A DNA stretch of 63,404 nucleotides, filler included, from Octopus bimaculoides (lineage: Eukaryota), in NCBI RefSeq assembly GCF_001194135.2. It is 6 parts of 5 records of this genome, joined end to end, with 100 filler letters (N's around TTAATTAATTAA, not from the genome) between each part and the next. Parts side by side here need not be neighbours in the genome. Positions count along the whole stretch, not along the records: positions 61,539 to 63,404 come from NW_026306576.1; 5 more parts are not named here. One strand, written 5' to 3'. Shown here piece by piece: positions 62,232 to 63,404 of this stretch. Both the position numbers and the translations under genes were made by a program. The notes under the pieces were generated by a model. That model saw only the letters and a program-made list of their open reading frames with translations, did not search any database and was not told the DNA's origin. Position 1 is the first letter of the stretch; every line of letters starts with the position of its first letter.

Positions 62232-63029
62232 AAATTTGTTGCATAGTTTCAGTTTAAAGATAAGAGNNNNNNNNNNNNNNNNNNNNNNNNNNNNNNNNNN
62301 NNNNNNNNNNNNNNNNNNNNNNNNNNNNNNNNNNNNNNNNNNNNNNNNNNNNNNNNNNNNNNNNNNNNNNNNNNNNNNNNNNNNNNNNNNNNNNNNNNNN
62401 NNNNNNNNNNNNNNNNNNNNNNNNNNNNNNNNNNNNNNNNNNNNNNNNNNNNNNNNNNNNNNNNNNNNNNNNNNNNNNNNNNNNNNNNNNNNNNNNNNNN
62501 NNNNNNNNNNNNNNNNNNNNNNNNNNNNNNNNNNNNNNNNNNNNNNNNNNNNNNNNNNNNNNNNNNNNNNNNNNNNNNNNNNNNNNNNNNNNNNNNNNNN
62601 NNNNNNNNNNNNNNNNNNNNNNNNNNNNNNNNNNNNNNNNNNNNNNNNNNNNNNNNNNNNNNNNNNNNNNNNNNNNNNNNNNNNNNNNNNNNNNNNNNNN
62701 NNNNNNNNNNNNNNNNNNNNNNNNNNNNNNNNNNNNNNNNNNNNNNNNNNNNNNNNNNNNNNNNNNNNNNNNNNNNNNNNNNNNNNNNNNNNNNNNNNNN
62801 NNNNNNNNNNNNNNNNNNNNNNNNNNNNNNNNNNNNNNNNNNNNNNNNNNNNNNNNNNNNNNNNNNNNNNNNNNNNNNNNNNNNNNNNNNNNNNNNNNNN
62901 NNNNNNNNNNNNNNNNNNNNNNNNNNNNNNNNNNNNNNNNNNNNNNNNNNNNNNNNNNNNNNNNNNNNNNNNNNNNNNNNNNNNNNNNNNNNNNNNNNNN
63001 NNNNNNNNNNNNNNNNNNNNNNNGAATAT
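62232..63029 (-). CDS. Candidate upstream exon or exons, mostly hidden in an N gap
   Basis: Acceptor GTTTATTTCAG|ATATTC at 63029, just before the gap. After the gap, LIFKLKLCNKF|GTATGA is a phase-0 donor at 62232, compatible with the 58463 acceptor. Confidence 0.35.
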
Positions 63030-63404
63030 CTGAAATAAACTTGACTGCTCTAACAAACGAGAATACTAAAAATGAACCTGACCACTCTCAAAAATAGATG
63101 GGACCCTGGTAGGTACTTAGTGTTCCGGGTCAGATTGGACCNNNNNNNNNNATTAATAGTAATTAAAGGGTGACTCCCTGTACTCAACAACTCCAGGACT
63201 CCCAAGCTGGAGCCTCACCACTGAATGTATTTTAATGTTATAGTCGAGACAAGGCTAAAGTATAAGATATTAACACTTGTGTCACACATTAAGACCTATC
63301 TCTCTATCACCTCTATGACCTCCAAAATTTTCTTTTTGTCAGATTGATATCAGTTAATGCTGATAACACATTCTCGATTAAAAAAAGAGCAAACAAAAAA
63401 AAAA

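Noticed and set aside
23066-63056. Long ORFs of poly-CV/HT/YI/X in the ORF track
   Set aside because: Translations of (GT)n, (AT)n, (TATG)n microsatellites and N gaps; no coding evidence.

Overview
AT-rich, gappy, microsatellite-saturated eukaryotic genomic DNA. The SINE families and repeat landscape point to a coleoid cephalopod, probably Octopus (inference from recall, not searched). Nearly all of it is nested transposon debris: at least three tRNA-derived SINE families, R4/Dong-clade RLE non-LTR retrotransposons (one near full length), RTE, CR1-like and L1/Tx1 fragments, two hAT transposase relics, a DD34E Tc1, a Tigger-like MITE and three copies of a GG-ended, 8-bp-TSD (Merlin-like) MITE family carrying telomeric TTAGGG arrays. 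No ORF in the supplied track looks like an intact host gene. By reading splice signals I found one well-supported minus-strand coding exon (58307-58463) and weaker neighbours. The most interesting signals are: (i) three different minimal hammerhead ribozymes in Penelope-like LTR fragments, one sitting in a TSD-flanked palindromic insertion whose inverted arm stops at the predicted cleavage site; (ii) a perfectly bounded palindromic MITE with (CCCTAA)n-(TTAGGG)n at its axis; (iii) R4/Dong elements stacked at (TAA)n, plus a second R4 lineage apparently associated with (CATA)n. No prokaryotic-type system or CRISPR array is present. All calls were made by eye; the boundaries of degraded elements are approximate.
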